Shown: positions 1 to 12,679 of the stretch, piece by piece
Layout: each line of letters starts with the position of its first letter
Position numbering within the stretch: position 1 is the stretch's first letter
Translations under genes and position numbers: made by a program
NCBI GenBank assembly: GCA_000182565.2
Contig: KQ257471.1
DNA from: Spizellomyces punctatus DAOM BR117
Taxonomy: Eukaryota
DNA: 64,000 nt
Reading direction: 5' to 3' (one strand)
The notes under the pieces: generated by a model
What the model was told of the DNA's origin: nothing
Databases searched by the model: none
Seen by the model: only the letters and a program-made list of their open reading frames with translations

Positions 1-566
1 GAACCTTCCACAGAAGCATGCTCTACTGTCGCTGGTACACCCACCTCCAATAACCGTTTCGTAGCCGCCGGACACGACAACTAAAAAAGAAAATACATTC
101 AGAAATAATCCCTTCCTTTATTGTTTGTTGAGAGACGTGAACACTCTTACCTTGTACCCCTTGATAAAAGCATTAATATCCGGCACAACATCCGAAACAA
201 GATTCAAAGCCGTCTTGTATTGTGCAATCAATTTCAGGCATGCCGGTGTATACCTAAAAAAAACCCACCACTTAACCCTCATTCCAAATACGATTGTGAT
301 TTGGGTTTTACGTTACTCTTGGGCTGAGATGGCATCCCGAATGTAGGCTCGTTCCAAGTACTCTGTCGCGACGAGTATACCGTATAAATCAGCCATGTTG
401 TCGTATTTTTCGCGGTCTTTGTTGGTTGTGTAGAGTCGGAGTTCCTATCATGTGAATTAGCGGACTGTAAAGTGTATTGTGGGGGCGTTTGAAAGGGGGG
501 ACTTGCTTGGTCGAGGGATCGGTCTGTCGGTGTTGTGGGGTTTGTTGGAGAAAAGGAAGAGTACAT
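1..566 (-). CDS. VPS28: ESCRT-I subunit Vps28, 5' part (gene continues off the window edge; spliced)
   Basis: Spliced translation ...SLDQ|ELRLYTTNKDREKYDNMADLYGILVATEYLERAYIRDAISAQE|YTPACLKLIAQYKTAL...|LSCPAATKRLLEVGVPATVEH matches the Vps28 N-terminal domain. Confidence 0.9.
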
Positions 567-1042
567 GGTTGGGAGTGCGAATGCAGGTGTGATGTGAGAG
601 GTTGATGTTTTGGGTAGAGGAATGAAGGCAAAAGTTCACAATGCTGATCTAGAGAGACGACCTGCCAAAGCATGCAAGGTTGGCGCTACTTTGTTGAGTC
701 ACGCGCAGATTACGTAATTGCCAAACATCCTATGATTGTCACCTCTACACTAACTTCCTCTCAAACCTATGTACTCAAAGCAATATGCATCAATTTCGCA
801 ACGTGAAAGGCATGTATTTTGTCACAACGTAAAGGTTTTGATAAAGCAGGTACGCAAACAAGAAGCACACACAAAATTTGGAACCGCACAACGCCGATAT
901 TCACCATCTACCCCTCCTATACGGCTGTTCCTTTACACATGTCATTTTGCAATTGTCCAAAAGGTGCAATCATTAGCAAACGTCATTTTATGCTATGCTG
1001 AAATGGTACCACAGTGGAAATAATAGACAAATGTCAACCACT

Positions 1043-4000
1043 TTACATGTAGTACATCGTGTGTTGGTCCATCAGGGGCATGACTTTGCGCAATGTAATG
1101 GTTGGCTCAGAATTTCCACTGCGCGACGAGGCAGTATCAAAATCGCCCTCCAAGAACATTCTTCCATCTGGATAAAAACAAATTTTAGTAGAGTGGTATA
1201 AGAGTCCATTGCAGCAAGTACTCACAGTAAGCAGCCAAATGGGCGCGATAGGCGGGCGCAACCATGTTGATACTCCTCGTGGCGCGTTCCGAGAGGAAAC
1301 ACAAGTTAAAGCACAGTTGCTGCAAGACATTCGAGGACATTTTAATCTCGTCATGAATAACGTGATAAATAGTCGGGCGGGACGTCCCTTGTAACCCCGC
1401 ATGAGATTGGAGGACAAAATTGTACTCTGTCGGATGCATAATATCGGTATCGACCTAGAAAAAGTAAAACATGCACCTCAATTCACGAGAGTTGTCGCTA
1501 ATAGGTACCTGCCAAAGGAAAACACCTACAGTAGTACCAGGCAAGCAGTTGCCAGACTTATCCTGGTTGTTATCGTTGGGGAAGAAGCGTATATGGTGGC
1601 GTTTCTGAACGATGATAAACGTGACGGGGACCGCACCCAGTTTCAGATTCGCCAAGGCCCGTTTGATTGCCGAGACTTCTTTCTCGCGAACCTCCTTGAA
1701 CTGACCGGACGACACACCATCTCTAAAAAAAATGAGCCGTTGAGGAAAGGTTCCAATGGCTTTTTTGAAACTTTCAACTGCATCGCCCATGATTTTTTCC
1801 ATGTCCTGGATGATTTCAAGACGACTTGGCTGAGCCGCCAAGAAAGTACGGTATCTCGTCGCTTGTTTGTCCAAAGATGTTACCACTGCCGCGACTGAGG
1901 GCGCACCAGACCCTGGAGCAGCGTGGGTCACATCAGCACCACAAATAAGTGTGGGCTTATCTTCAAAGAGGGGAAGCCTGTCAACAAAATTGGTAGCTCC
2001 GCCCATTTTGACGTTAACCTATTAAAAACAAGAGTCAGAAAAGAGAAACTTGCAGATACATTTGCCATGAGAGGCAGCCCTTCCTAAAGCTTTGGCAGAT
2101 CCTCACCTTGAGCGCTACATTCTCTGCATACTTGTTGTTCAATCGGTCCAGACGAGCTTTGTCATCAGCCATACACTGCGAGAGGACATCCATCTCGGTC
2201 AGCGTGATACGCTTAATCTCATCATATAACGTGAGAGCGTTCCCGTCGATTTTCCTGCCTCGCGGGATGATACAAAAGATAATTTGGCAACGAGATTTGA
2301 AAACGGCCGTCGCCTCTGTGGCTACTGCGTGCAGGGCCTTCCTAACATTTTGGGATTGTTCCGGATTCTGAATCCGGATCGGACATTCAGCGTTCGATTT
2401 GAAGATGATTCCAACAGACTGGAAGGTGCTGATAAGCTGCTTCTTGACTTGGTATGCCTCCGAGTCTTGCATACGGGAAAAGAAGACGAATCCGTAGCTC
2501 GCAATAGTGGATGGCTTGGCGAGTGCTTTTCCAAGCCTCCAAGAGCCTTCGGTTCCCTTGGCCCTTTGGTTCCTCCCAAAGACCACGTCCGGTGCAGGGA
2601 GGACGCGAGCCTTGATCGTCATGGGGCTCGGGTCCACAGAGATCCCGAACGCTTTCATGTAGGGATTATTATTGTATCTCAACGCAGTAGTCACCGCAGA
2701 AGCAATGCGCTTCTCCCTGTCCAAGGGTCGCTGGACGGTGGCACGAATCATCTGAGATGTCTGATCCCCGTTGAGTCTATTCTTGAAACGCACTGAAGGG
2801 GCCATTTTGAGGAATTCCATTGGGAAGGCACTCTTTCCATTGCTCTGCAATTATATGAAATGAGAATATTGTATGCATCAAAACAACTGTTTGTTCCCCA
2901 CCTTGACGACAACTGGAAGTTTAGGATATTTAAGACGAAGATTGTACTGCTTCAAAAAGTACTCTGCAATGGACATCTTTCTGCCGTCCACATCAAAAGT
3001 GTACTCATCAGCGCTCTGTCTTGAAATGCTGCCTATTTTGAATCGTTGTTTAAGGTCCCCGCGATGCGTTGTCACCACGACCGCGTCTTTGAATTCACTG
3101 GACATGCGTGCCCGGAGACTTAAAATAGGAATCCGGGTCAATTCGGCGACATCCCTGACGTTTAGTACCTCAGCGACGATGTCCAAAAAAGGGACCTCGC
3201 CTCTGCGGAACACGGTGGCAGCGACATCTACATTGATCCCAAGATGTCCAGCCATCATGGCCCGAATACTCTGATGGTATCCGCGCCAGATTTCCAATCC
3301 TCCAGAGATGTGGGTCCTGTCTTCAGGAGTGTAAAAATTTGACCCTACTGCAACAAAACTCATGCAGGGGATGTGCCGAAGCACACTGCTCAAAGCCGTG
3401 ACTGCATGCAGAACATGGTCCGTCTCCGGTCCCTTCTTGGTCATGAAAAGCGCCAAGGAGTGAAAGTCTATCTTGGCGGTCTACAAATATAGAAACGATC
3501 TTCAGTCCATGTCGGAAGCCACAGCATCAATAAAGCCGACATTGCTCTCACCTGCTTGATACGGATATTCACGGTTTTGGTCCGTGCTGGACCGACACTC
3601 ACGGGACGGACAGTTGGTGCCGTCTGAGAAGCTCCGCCACGGCCGCCACCACGTCCTCCACGAAAGTCTCCCCTTCCTCCCCTTCCTCCCCTTCCTCCTC
3701 CACGGCCACCCCGACCAGCACCGGCACTCAGAGTCTCCTCCATGGGAGGGTAATATTCCTCTTCATCTTCATTCACAACGACCTTTACACTCTGCTGCTC
3801 AAGATTAGCCGTGCTGAAGGCATTTTTTTTGCCGTCATAGACGACCAAGGCAGCCTTGTCACCGGCACGGAACTGTTCCTCGGCAGCGCGCCAAGCTCTT
3901 TTCGCCAAGCTAGCACTAATTTTGTCAGCCTGTTTCTCAGGCGTCATGACCACATCATACTGGTAGGCAATCGTGTTTGCCACCATCCTGTCAAAGCGTG

Positions 4001-4250
4001 GGAAAAAATAGGGGCTCCATTAGAGGGTGAGAAAAAATGTAAAATGGTAGTGAACGAACACACCTTAGAGGGAAAATGTTGCAGCGGACCTGTATATAGG
4101 GGGGCAATCAACGGTAAACGTTCGTTCCTTTCAGAAAGTCATGTTTGACGTGGACCAGGAATGGCGACCGAGACCAACCTTAATGGGACGCCCGATGGTC
4201 CCCCCAGCATCTGGCCGCAGCGGTAATTCCGTGAGCTTAGGAGTAGCCAT
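1043..4250 (-). CDS. AGO: Argonaute (AGO clade; N-PAZ-MID-PIWI), multi-exon
   Basis: N-terminus MATPKLTELPLRPDAGGTIGRPIK; GYHQSIR; PAZ (SIAEYFLKQYNLRLKYPKLP); PIWI motifs GADVTH, RLEII, FFRDGVS, VQKRHHIRFF, SHAGLQGTSRP, AYRAHLAA. Confidence 0.96.
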
Positions 4251-4495
4251 AGCGTGCAGTCTCGTCTTTTAAAGCGTATAGAAAAGTCAAGAATGCAGAA
4301 CGAGGGGAGAATCGGGTGCGGGCCCGCTTTATAAACAGCAGTTCCCTTTGACAGGCCCGTGCGCCTCGTCCGCGCGCGCGACGCACTTCGATCATGGACT
4401 TGACAGCCGTCATATGTGCGCTCTCATTGTTGCCATGGCAATAGACAACCACCGCACTAGCAGGCTTGGGACCTTTATTGATCACATCAACAAGT

Positions 4496-6818
4496 ATGGC
4501 ACGAAGAAGCTACTCACCAGAAGACAGACGACAAAGTTACTCGCATAAGCGGGACAATAGTGCTTCTCCTGACCGGGTTAGAAGAAAATCGGAGCGCAGC
4601 CGTGAGCGTGGTAGAGACGTCAGTAGGACTGGACGAGATGGATACAATGGGCCTGACCGACGACACAATCGTGATCGGCGAAGAGAATACAGTGAGAGTC
4701 TCGATGGTAGTGACCGTGAGCAGGATCGAAAAAGGAACAGAAGCCGGACCCGAAGTCGACAAAGGAGCGTGAGTGCTGATAGTAGTCGAGATCGAAAGAG
4801 AAGCAAAAAAGATAAAAAGGAGTCAAAGAAGAAGCGCGAGACGTCTGAAGAACGCCGTGCGAGGAAAGCAGAGAGAAAAGCCGAGAAGAAACAGCTGAAA
4901 GAGGATCTAAAAGCTCAAAAAGAGTCACAAATCGCAGCTCAAATGTCGGCGTCGCTCGGCTACTCCAATTCTGAAAATCCTTTCGGGGACAGTAATTTGA
5001 GTGCAAAATTCGTTTGGCTAAAGAAACGAGAGAAGGAATCAAAGGAAGGTTTGATGGGAAGCGAGAGAATCCGAAGGGATCTGTCAAGACGAGAGGAAAT
5101 CGAAACCGAATTGGACAAGCTGAAAAAGCGCCGCACAGAGAGGGAAATAGAGCAACAGCTGAGGGAACAGGAACAGCTAAGACTGCAACGGGAGCAGGAC
5201 CGCATTGCAATGGGCGATTGGGAGTCGAAGGAAAATGAGTTCCACTTGGAACAAGCAAAGACAAGAGCACAGATTCGGATCAAAGAGGGGCGTGCCAAGC
5301 CAATTGACATCTTTGCAATGAACCTCAGCTTGGCAAGTGACTCTCGAGTAGCGGAGGAATTCGATGCGCTTGGATTCGAAATGGGAATTGAAGAACCGTA
5401 TCTCATTTTCCGTGATCTGACCCTCGAGGAGGTTGAAGAGCTGCACAAGGATATCCAGCTATACCTATCACTGGAAACAGATGAAAACAATGTCCGATTC
5501 TGGGAAGCCATGATCGTTGTATGCGATGACGAATTGGCCAAGCACCGTAGCGCCGCTGCGGGATCAGTGCCAAGCGGTGTCACGGACGCAATAGCCGAAG
5601 ACATTGAAAAGATGTTTGCGAATAAAACTCATGATCAGCTCACACTACTACAAAAACAGATTGAGAAGAAACTGAGCCAGGGAGGACCTGTAGATGTAGA
5701 GTATTGGGAGACAGCCATCAAAGCGTTAATTGTATGGAAGGCGAAAGCTAAACTCCGTGATATGCATGGTTTCATGCTACGGAAGCGGCTGGAGCGTCTG
5801 CGCGAAAAGAAGCATACTGAAATGGAGACAGGTGTTACCCCACAACCCATTCAATTCCGGAGGGAAGACCCCGACGCTACGGCTGCCTCCATGGCGGCGG
5901 AGGCTGAAGAGGAAGTGGAAACGGATGAGGAGATGGAAGAATACGATCCATCAATGAGTCCTGTCCTCGTTGACAGAATCAGCAAGGTGGATGCCGGGTT
6001 CGAAGTGGTGGATGAAGAGGTGGATCTTAACCAGTTGGTAAGTAGGACGGTTAGAACGGTTCTTATTCATATGCAAACCATTATCCTTACGGACTACATT
6101 TCAGATGGAAGCGCGGAACCTTGTCTTAAAGAGCCAGCTTGGTGTTTTGGGTGGATTGAGTGCTGAGAAGGCACTCGCCCTTGCTGGCGCAGGGCCTTCG
6201 ATGGAAGACCTGGCTGAGCAGGCATTCATGAGGGAAGCTGCCGAGAATATGGGCTTGGACGAGACGGCATTCAATGAAGAGGCAATTATATCTGCATCCG
6301 CAGCGACACAGGTGGGAATTTTACTGTTCGCTGATACATTTCCACCAAACTGAAACTGACATCGTTTTCAGGATCCGTACCTCTGGCATGACAAGTATAG
6401 ACCGCGCAAGCCTCGATACTTCAATCGCGTCCATACTGGGTATGAATGGAACAAATACAATCAAACACACTATGACAGTGATAACCCACCACCCAAGGTA
6501 CGTGGGTTTTGCGCCGTACTATAGTCATCGATCATAACCCTTTTCTTGTCCTAGGTCGTGCAAGGCTACAAATTCAACATATTTTATCCTGATCTTATTG
6601 ACAAAAGCAAGGCGCCAACATATGTACGCGAGAAAGATGAAGGATATCCAGATACAATCATCTTGCGGTTCAAAGCGGGTCCTCCTTACGAAGACATTGC
6701 TTTCAGGATTGTCAACAGAGAGTGGGAGTATTCACATAAAAAGGGCTTCAGAAGTTCTTTTGATAGAGGTGTGCTGCAGCTGTGGTTCCACTTTAAACGG
6801 CATTACTATAGACGATAG
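4496..6818 (+). CDS. CACTIN: Cactin (spliceosome-associated), multi-exon
   Basis: RS-rich N-terminus; GYSNSENPFGDSNL; FHLEQAKTRAQIRIKEGRAKPID; C-terminus GYKFNIFYPDLID...FKAGPPYEDIAFRIVNREW...QLWFHFKR. Confidence 0.95.
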
Positions 6819-6966
6819 TTGGTGACCTGTAAATAAAATGGATCGGGGGGGCAGTCACGGAGCTAAGCCACCCGTTTGTTGCTTACTTGAAAATGTCCAG
6901 ACGCGTGCAGATTTGGGTTGGCCAGTCCAACACCAGATCGTCTAGCCAGCCATCCTAGCAAGTCAA

Positions 6967-9177
6967 ATGCTGCATCGACCTGTATACACATCTTGTGGAA
7001 TAACAAAGGAAGGCCTCAGCCCGGATTTTTGTGGGGCACACGAGGAGAATCAGGATATTGCGGCTTTGGCGAGAGAGTACGAGAAAGCCCTACGCACAAA
7101 CCCCGCATACTGGGCATTTAAAAAGCTTGTTAGGGTAGGGAAACCCAGAGTTCCGCAAACCTCCTTTCAAAGACAAGCTTGTAACTCTTAGCAACAGAAT
7201 GAGACTCTGAAATCACCCAACGCGACCGACGTGGTCACTCTTGCCAGGCAAATCTTTAATCAAACAGGCGGTGCCAGGCAGTTGATTGAAAATCATGTGG
7301 CCCTAGTGTCTGCAAGAAAGAAAAGAAGGGGGCAAGCAGCAAGAGAAATACAACAATGTAAAGCCTCTGACCCTAATGCGCTTAACTGTGCCGAGCGAAG
7401 GTATCCAAGGTATCGGTCGGTGGGGCCAAAGGAGCAATTGGCTGTAGAAAGTGCGCGTAAGACATTGGAAAGTTTGATCACCAAACGACTGAATCGTATT
7501 TCGGCGGATATGGCGGTTCCTCTGAGTCGAAGGGTGAGTACACGCCTTAATGGGCACTCTACATCATTGGGGCCTTTCTCCTGAACTGCGATTACTAGCG
7601 AACTCCACATGAAGAAACCATATTCCTTGACCGATCCTTCTCATCAAACCAGGAGGATTCGTCCAACAACCCCCCGCTAGTCTTACAGGGAATTGGTCTC
7701 CCATCAAAGGGTGTCCGCGATCCCGAGCGACTGTATCTTTACGATGATCAAGATGTGCTGGAAGCCATGATGAATGTGCAGATGAATATAAGCCATGAGT
7801 AATTCAGAAATCAAGTATTCTGGAATGCGCCTTGGCAAGAGTATTTATACGCAGCCTACAGACAATCGTCAGAGCTTGGAACCTTTTGGAGCAGCATCCC
7901 TGCCCTTTTCACACGCGGCCCGTCAACGATACAAGAAATGGCAAGAAAGTTTTCGCTTCTTAGCCCTCGGTACCAACATGTGGGTGTGGATGATTGGGTA
8001 GACGATAACCCAGGTAAAGCTCCAGGTTTTCAACACCCATATCCGTTGTCATTTGTAACCTCACCTAAATGAATTGGGACTAAGAGACGTTCCTGGCTGC
8101 CCGGATTGAGACTGGTGAAAAGGTCCTGGCATCCAAATCGCTCCAGCAGGCTCGGGACTATGCCAAGAATGGAATGCCACCTTGCCTGCGTGCACAACTG
8201 TGGGACCTAATGTTACAATCCGAGCTGACCGATGATCTAGCTGCATATGTAAGAAGGCGCCTCTTGGTTTTCGTAAAACTCCTTATACTTTAAAACCTTG
8301 TATGTCAACAGACACGTCGTCACTGCCAATCTCTCAAGGTTGATATTGCACGATACGACCTGCTAATTGACCGTTTGATAAGGATTGACGCACGACAGTG
8401 TCGGAATGATGACTGCTACTTTGTCTTTGAGGATATCATCGCGGAGGTGATGTCGTACTGGGTCAGGGATGAATGGGTTGCGCAACACGTCGCTGCAGAA
8501 CAGAAGCAATCGCATGTCATGACATGTACTGGCAAAATCTACCCGCCCAACGGCGTAATGCCCTTCTGGGGAATATCTTGCTATGCTTTACCCCTATGCT
8601 TTTTGCATGGAGAAGCGGAAAATGCTTATATGATCTTTCGCGAGCTGTATACTCGGTAAGGCTAGCCAGTAAAAGCAGTTTCATAGGAGTCAGCCAGCTA
8701 AATTAGCTCTCTAGCTTCTTCTTTAACTTACACACAGTTCGCTTGTCGTCTACACCGACACTTCCTACTCTTTGCAAAACATTCGAATATCTTCTGAAAG
8801 AGCATGATCCCTACATATTTTTCCACCTTACTCATCATCTTGGCATTCTTCCAATCACATATGCGTGCCGCTGGATCATGTTTGCCTTTGTCGGCATTCT
8901 CGACATTGAGCAAGTTTTGCAGTTGTGGGATCGAATGTTGGGCTATGAGGAAGAAGGTATGGAATTGTTGAGTGTCGCGGCAGCAGCAATATTTGGCTTT
9001 AGAAGTGATATGCTATGCCGAGCACGGAATTTGCGAGATGTAGAGGTACGATGTAGCTCGCGTTGATATCTCGAATAGGCGACGCAATCACTAACCAATC
9101 GTCACCAGCATGCTTTCTCTGATCTCGGGGCAGTTAAAATAATTCCCCTTCTGCAAAGCTACCTGTTCAGTCGATAA
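6967..9177 (+). CDS. TBC1D19: TBC1D19-like TBC domain protein (start uncertain), multi-exon
   Basis: QCRNDDCYFVFED, IYPPNGVMPFWG, WIMFAFVGILDIEQVLQLWDRMLGY, AAAAIFGFR, KIIPLLQSYLF match TBC1D19 C-terminal motifs. Confidence 0.8.
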
Positions 9178-9358
9178 CAAGAAATTATGATATTAAACGA
9201 TGGAATACATATGAAATAAACATAAACAGCACCAAAGCCCTCCATGAGTGTTGCCACATTGAAAGTAGCAATTAATGAAGCGAAAGCCCATTTCAGTAAC
9301 CATGCTCCGCAGCTCCGCAGTCGGACCAACCTAGTCTATAGTCACAAAATCTCCAATC

Positions 9359-10229
9359 TCAGGAAATGATACAGCCTTTGTCTCTTGACCTTCGCTTGTA
9401 GCTCTCAACGAACTTTAGTTGGCGGGCGTTGATGGCACCCCGGCGCCGCTCTCGCACGTAGATAACCGCATCCAAAGGTGATAATCCAGCCTCAATAAGG
9501 GCCATGGTAACTAGAACCGGGGCCCTGACACACGGTTAACAAAAGGCGACGCCAGGCAAATACGACCGGTATCAAAATAGGCGTACCTCCCCAGCCCTGC
9601 TACACAGTGCACGCCAATTGCTGGTCTCTCCGATTGATTCACCTCAGCTGCAGAACCTTCCTTCTTGTCTTTGTTGCCGAATCTTGAGTTTACCAGATTG
9701 AGAAAATCGGTCACGATGCTGGTCGGAGGCGGGTCACCTGATAGCACAAAGATGAGCTAAAGGACAAGGACATCTGAAGTCGATGGATTCTTGGATCACT
9801 TACCATCCGGGAAAGGCCAATCCTACGGCACGAAGGAGGTCAGGGGGCGAGTGAGTTACTCGTCCATACTTGAAGTTCTTGCATACGCGCGACTTACATG
9901 TACAGTAATACCATGCTCCTGTAGAACTTTCTTGTCGTAAGTAGGATCACATACGCGGACCACATCGGTAACAGACTGCTTTTGCAATTCCTGCGTCATA
10001 AGTTTACGACCATTAGAGGTGAGAATCAAATTAACAAATATGCATCAGTAGTTACATTCAGGTACAGATCCAAAGTACGATCTGATGGAGCATCAAAAAT
10101 AAGAAATCGCAGGTTTTTGTATTCGATCAATGTCGGAGGGTTGGGTAACCGCTGCAGAACCCCATCTTTCTGCGTAGAGCCTTGCCTCTGCGCCCTAATG
10201 CCTCCTACTTGCATGCCCTTAGCCGACAT
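9359..10229 (-). CDS. PRL: PRL/PTP4A-family prenylated protein tyrosine phosphatase
   Basis: NPPTLIEYKNLRFLIFDAPS, VRVCDPTYD, DWPFPDG, catalytic HCVAGLGRA, RERRRGAIN and a C-terminal CaaX box (CIIS*). Confidence 0.92.
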
Positions 10230-10786
10230 ACGGAACCGTGACAGTGAACAGAATTCCAATCCAGTTAACGTCGGCCACCCTCAGTCCGTATCGCAGCTAC
10301 GGAGAGCGGTCCGTTCAAAAGGCGACGCAAATATCCCATCCAGTCAGCAACAAGATGTGCAGGTTTCCCCTTGTTGCCTGGTACAATGTCTGCCACTGTG
10401 GGAAGACCCGACGATTGTTTATTGTCACTGTGCAAAAATGGTGTAAAACTCCCGAGTGTATATCTATCTCGACGTCAGCCGGGATCCAGCATCAAGAGCG
10501 TCGAGGGTACCGCCAATTGAAAATGGCCAGCCAGTCTCGGTAGTCAAAAGGAGGGGCGTAACGAAGGGCGTGTGGGATTATTACTTCCTGTCAAGAGCCG
10601 AATCGTAAAGATGGGATCAATCAGAGGCCGGATACAAGGCCGAGTGTGAAAAATAAAAGGGGTGGACAAAGGGCTAAGCCCACCGTATCCTAGCCCAATG
10701 ACCTAATCCAAATATCCCCAAATACATTCTAATAACCCTTGTAGATCTTTCCCCATCCGTGATCCTGTCCGACGAGCAGAGCCTTA

Positions 10787-12432
10787 ATGTCTAGGTTACC
10801 TGCGACATGGGAAGCTCGGAGTACTGCTTCAGGAGTTGGCGGATGGAATGATGTTGCGTCCGCTGCGGAAGCTCCGACCCAAGCTCAGGCTTTTCACACA
10901 CCTTCACAGCTGCCAATTATCCCAAAGAGGAAGAAGAAGAAGAACTTCGATCCAAGTTGGCTCAAAGCTCCGCCCCACTTGATGCCAGGATATGAGGAAA
11001 AATTGGAATGCCGTGGTTGTGCTAGGATGCTTTCCAAAGGAAGCTTCTCAAAAGTGCAGCTGAGAGAAGATGATCGCCGCCGATGCAGGTACTGCGAAAT
11101 TTATCAACCACAGTCGCCACATTTGTAATCGCCACTTCCAGGGAATGCATCGATGAATACGAAGGCTCGTGGGCCGATGTTCAGCGTCCCTCCAAAACGG
11201 CAGAGATCTCCAACGGCCCGACGCCTGTCAAAGCCGCAACGAAGCCGATATATAGTGACATAGCACGTAGCCAGGCGAGCAGGCCCCAGGAAGCGACGGG
11301 AAACGGTCGACGTCTTGTCCAAACAGCTCATCTCTCTCACGGCGCGACACCTGTCAAAGCCGCCCCAAAGCCAAGATTTGGTGAGGGACCACGTAGACAG
11401 GAAACCAGACCACTGCAGAAGACGACGGCAAATGGTCAACGTTCTCGCGAAACAGTTCATCTTTCCCACGGCGCGACGCCTGTCAAAGCTGCTGTGAAGC
11501 CAAAATTTAATGAGGGAACAGGAAGACAGGACACCAGACCCCAGAAAACCACGGAAAGTGTTCAACGTCCTCTCGAAGCAACTCATCTCTCCCACGGCAC
11601 GACGCCTGTCAAAGCTGCAGAAACTTTCGAGCGACAGCGGAGACCGCAAAATAGACTAGATAAACCCAGTCAGACCGCTGTCGTAAAGGGCTATGAGGGG
11701 ACGGCCAACCAGCCTGGAATAACCCGGGATCTGGACTTGGATGCTGTATATTATTCCCGGAAGCGACAACTTAGTGAGATTGCTCTTCTTAAAGACATAT
11801 TCTTAGAAGGGGAGTTTGGATGGATGGCATGTGATGATATATCAAAGGTAACAGTATGAGGACGCCACGGCTATTGTCAATCGACATCATTATTAATTGA
11901 TGATGGTCCTACGTAGGATATCATGACTGTATATGACGGTGCTCATGATGATCCAACTGTTCTCAGTCTGATACCCAGCGACCATGAGTTTCGTTTCGCA
12001 ATTCAGCTGACTGGACCTACCGCAAAGTCTTTAGGTACTCTTGGGTTGTACTGCATCTGTCAAGTCACGCTGACTTTTCCCAATTTAGAGCCATGTCAGA
12101 TTCGCTTTACATTGCCGCCCAATTACCCATATTGCCGTCCAGTCTGCAGGTTTACTTGCAGCACCGATGTAAGCTGACAGACTTTACAGTATTGCATGTC
12201 AAGTGTTAACCCAACAACAGTTTCCACATGTCGCCAACACAGTCGCTTCTGCCCTGAAGACATACATGCTATCCCTAAAAAGTAACGTACCTCATAGCTC
12301 AATCTGTATCGCCGCTATATTCCTGACCCAACACCCCTATCAGTCGAAGACGGGCGAGTAGCCCCGTGTTTACTTGATATACACCAGTTTGTGTTTTCTC
12401 AAGTAGATACCTTTTCCGGAGCATTGCTATGA
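10787..12432 (+). CDS. Protein with Stc1-type zinc finger, internal ~42-aa repeats and C-terminal RWD domain
   Basis: Intron 11089-11141 (GTACTG..TTCCAG) joins CRGCARMLSKGSFSKVQLREDDRRRCR to ECI, giving CxxC..FS..QL..CxxC. Later exons give SEIALLKDIF, IRFTLPPNYPYCRP and APCLLDIHQFV (RWD-like). Confidence 0.65.
11200..11625 (+). repeat. Four degenerate coding tandem repeats, ~123-129 bp period
   Basis: Core ACGCCTGTCAAAGC (peptide HLSHGATPVKAA / ISNGPTPVKAA) recurs near 11220, 11347, 11476 and 11601. Confidence 0.85.
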
Positions 12433-12679
12433 AGCCAGAAAAACAAAGTGGTATACCCCAGCGGTTGATAGACTGAAACAATTTGACATGTACTGTGAAG
12501 CTCCCAACCAGGCACCATTGAAACCTATTGCGAAAGGTGCAGAGTGAACCTGTTGCTGATTGCACATGCTGAAATTATTAGCTCAATTGTGTTATGCGCT
12601 GTTACGGTAGATCAGATGGCTTGGATAGCTCTCGTTATATAAATATGTGTGTATGTGTGTAAATGCAATATCGATGCAC

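Noticed and set aside
1401-5604. Long antisense ORFs overlapping AGO and cactin (e.g. 1401-1898, 4620-5270, 4960-5604)
   Set aside because: They are shadow ORFs of real coding exons with low-complexity or implausible translations.
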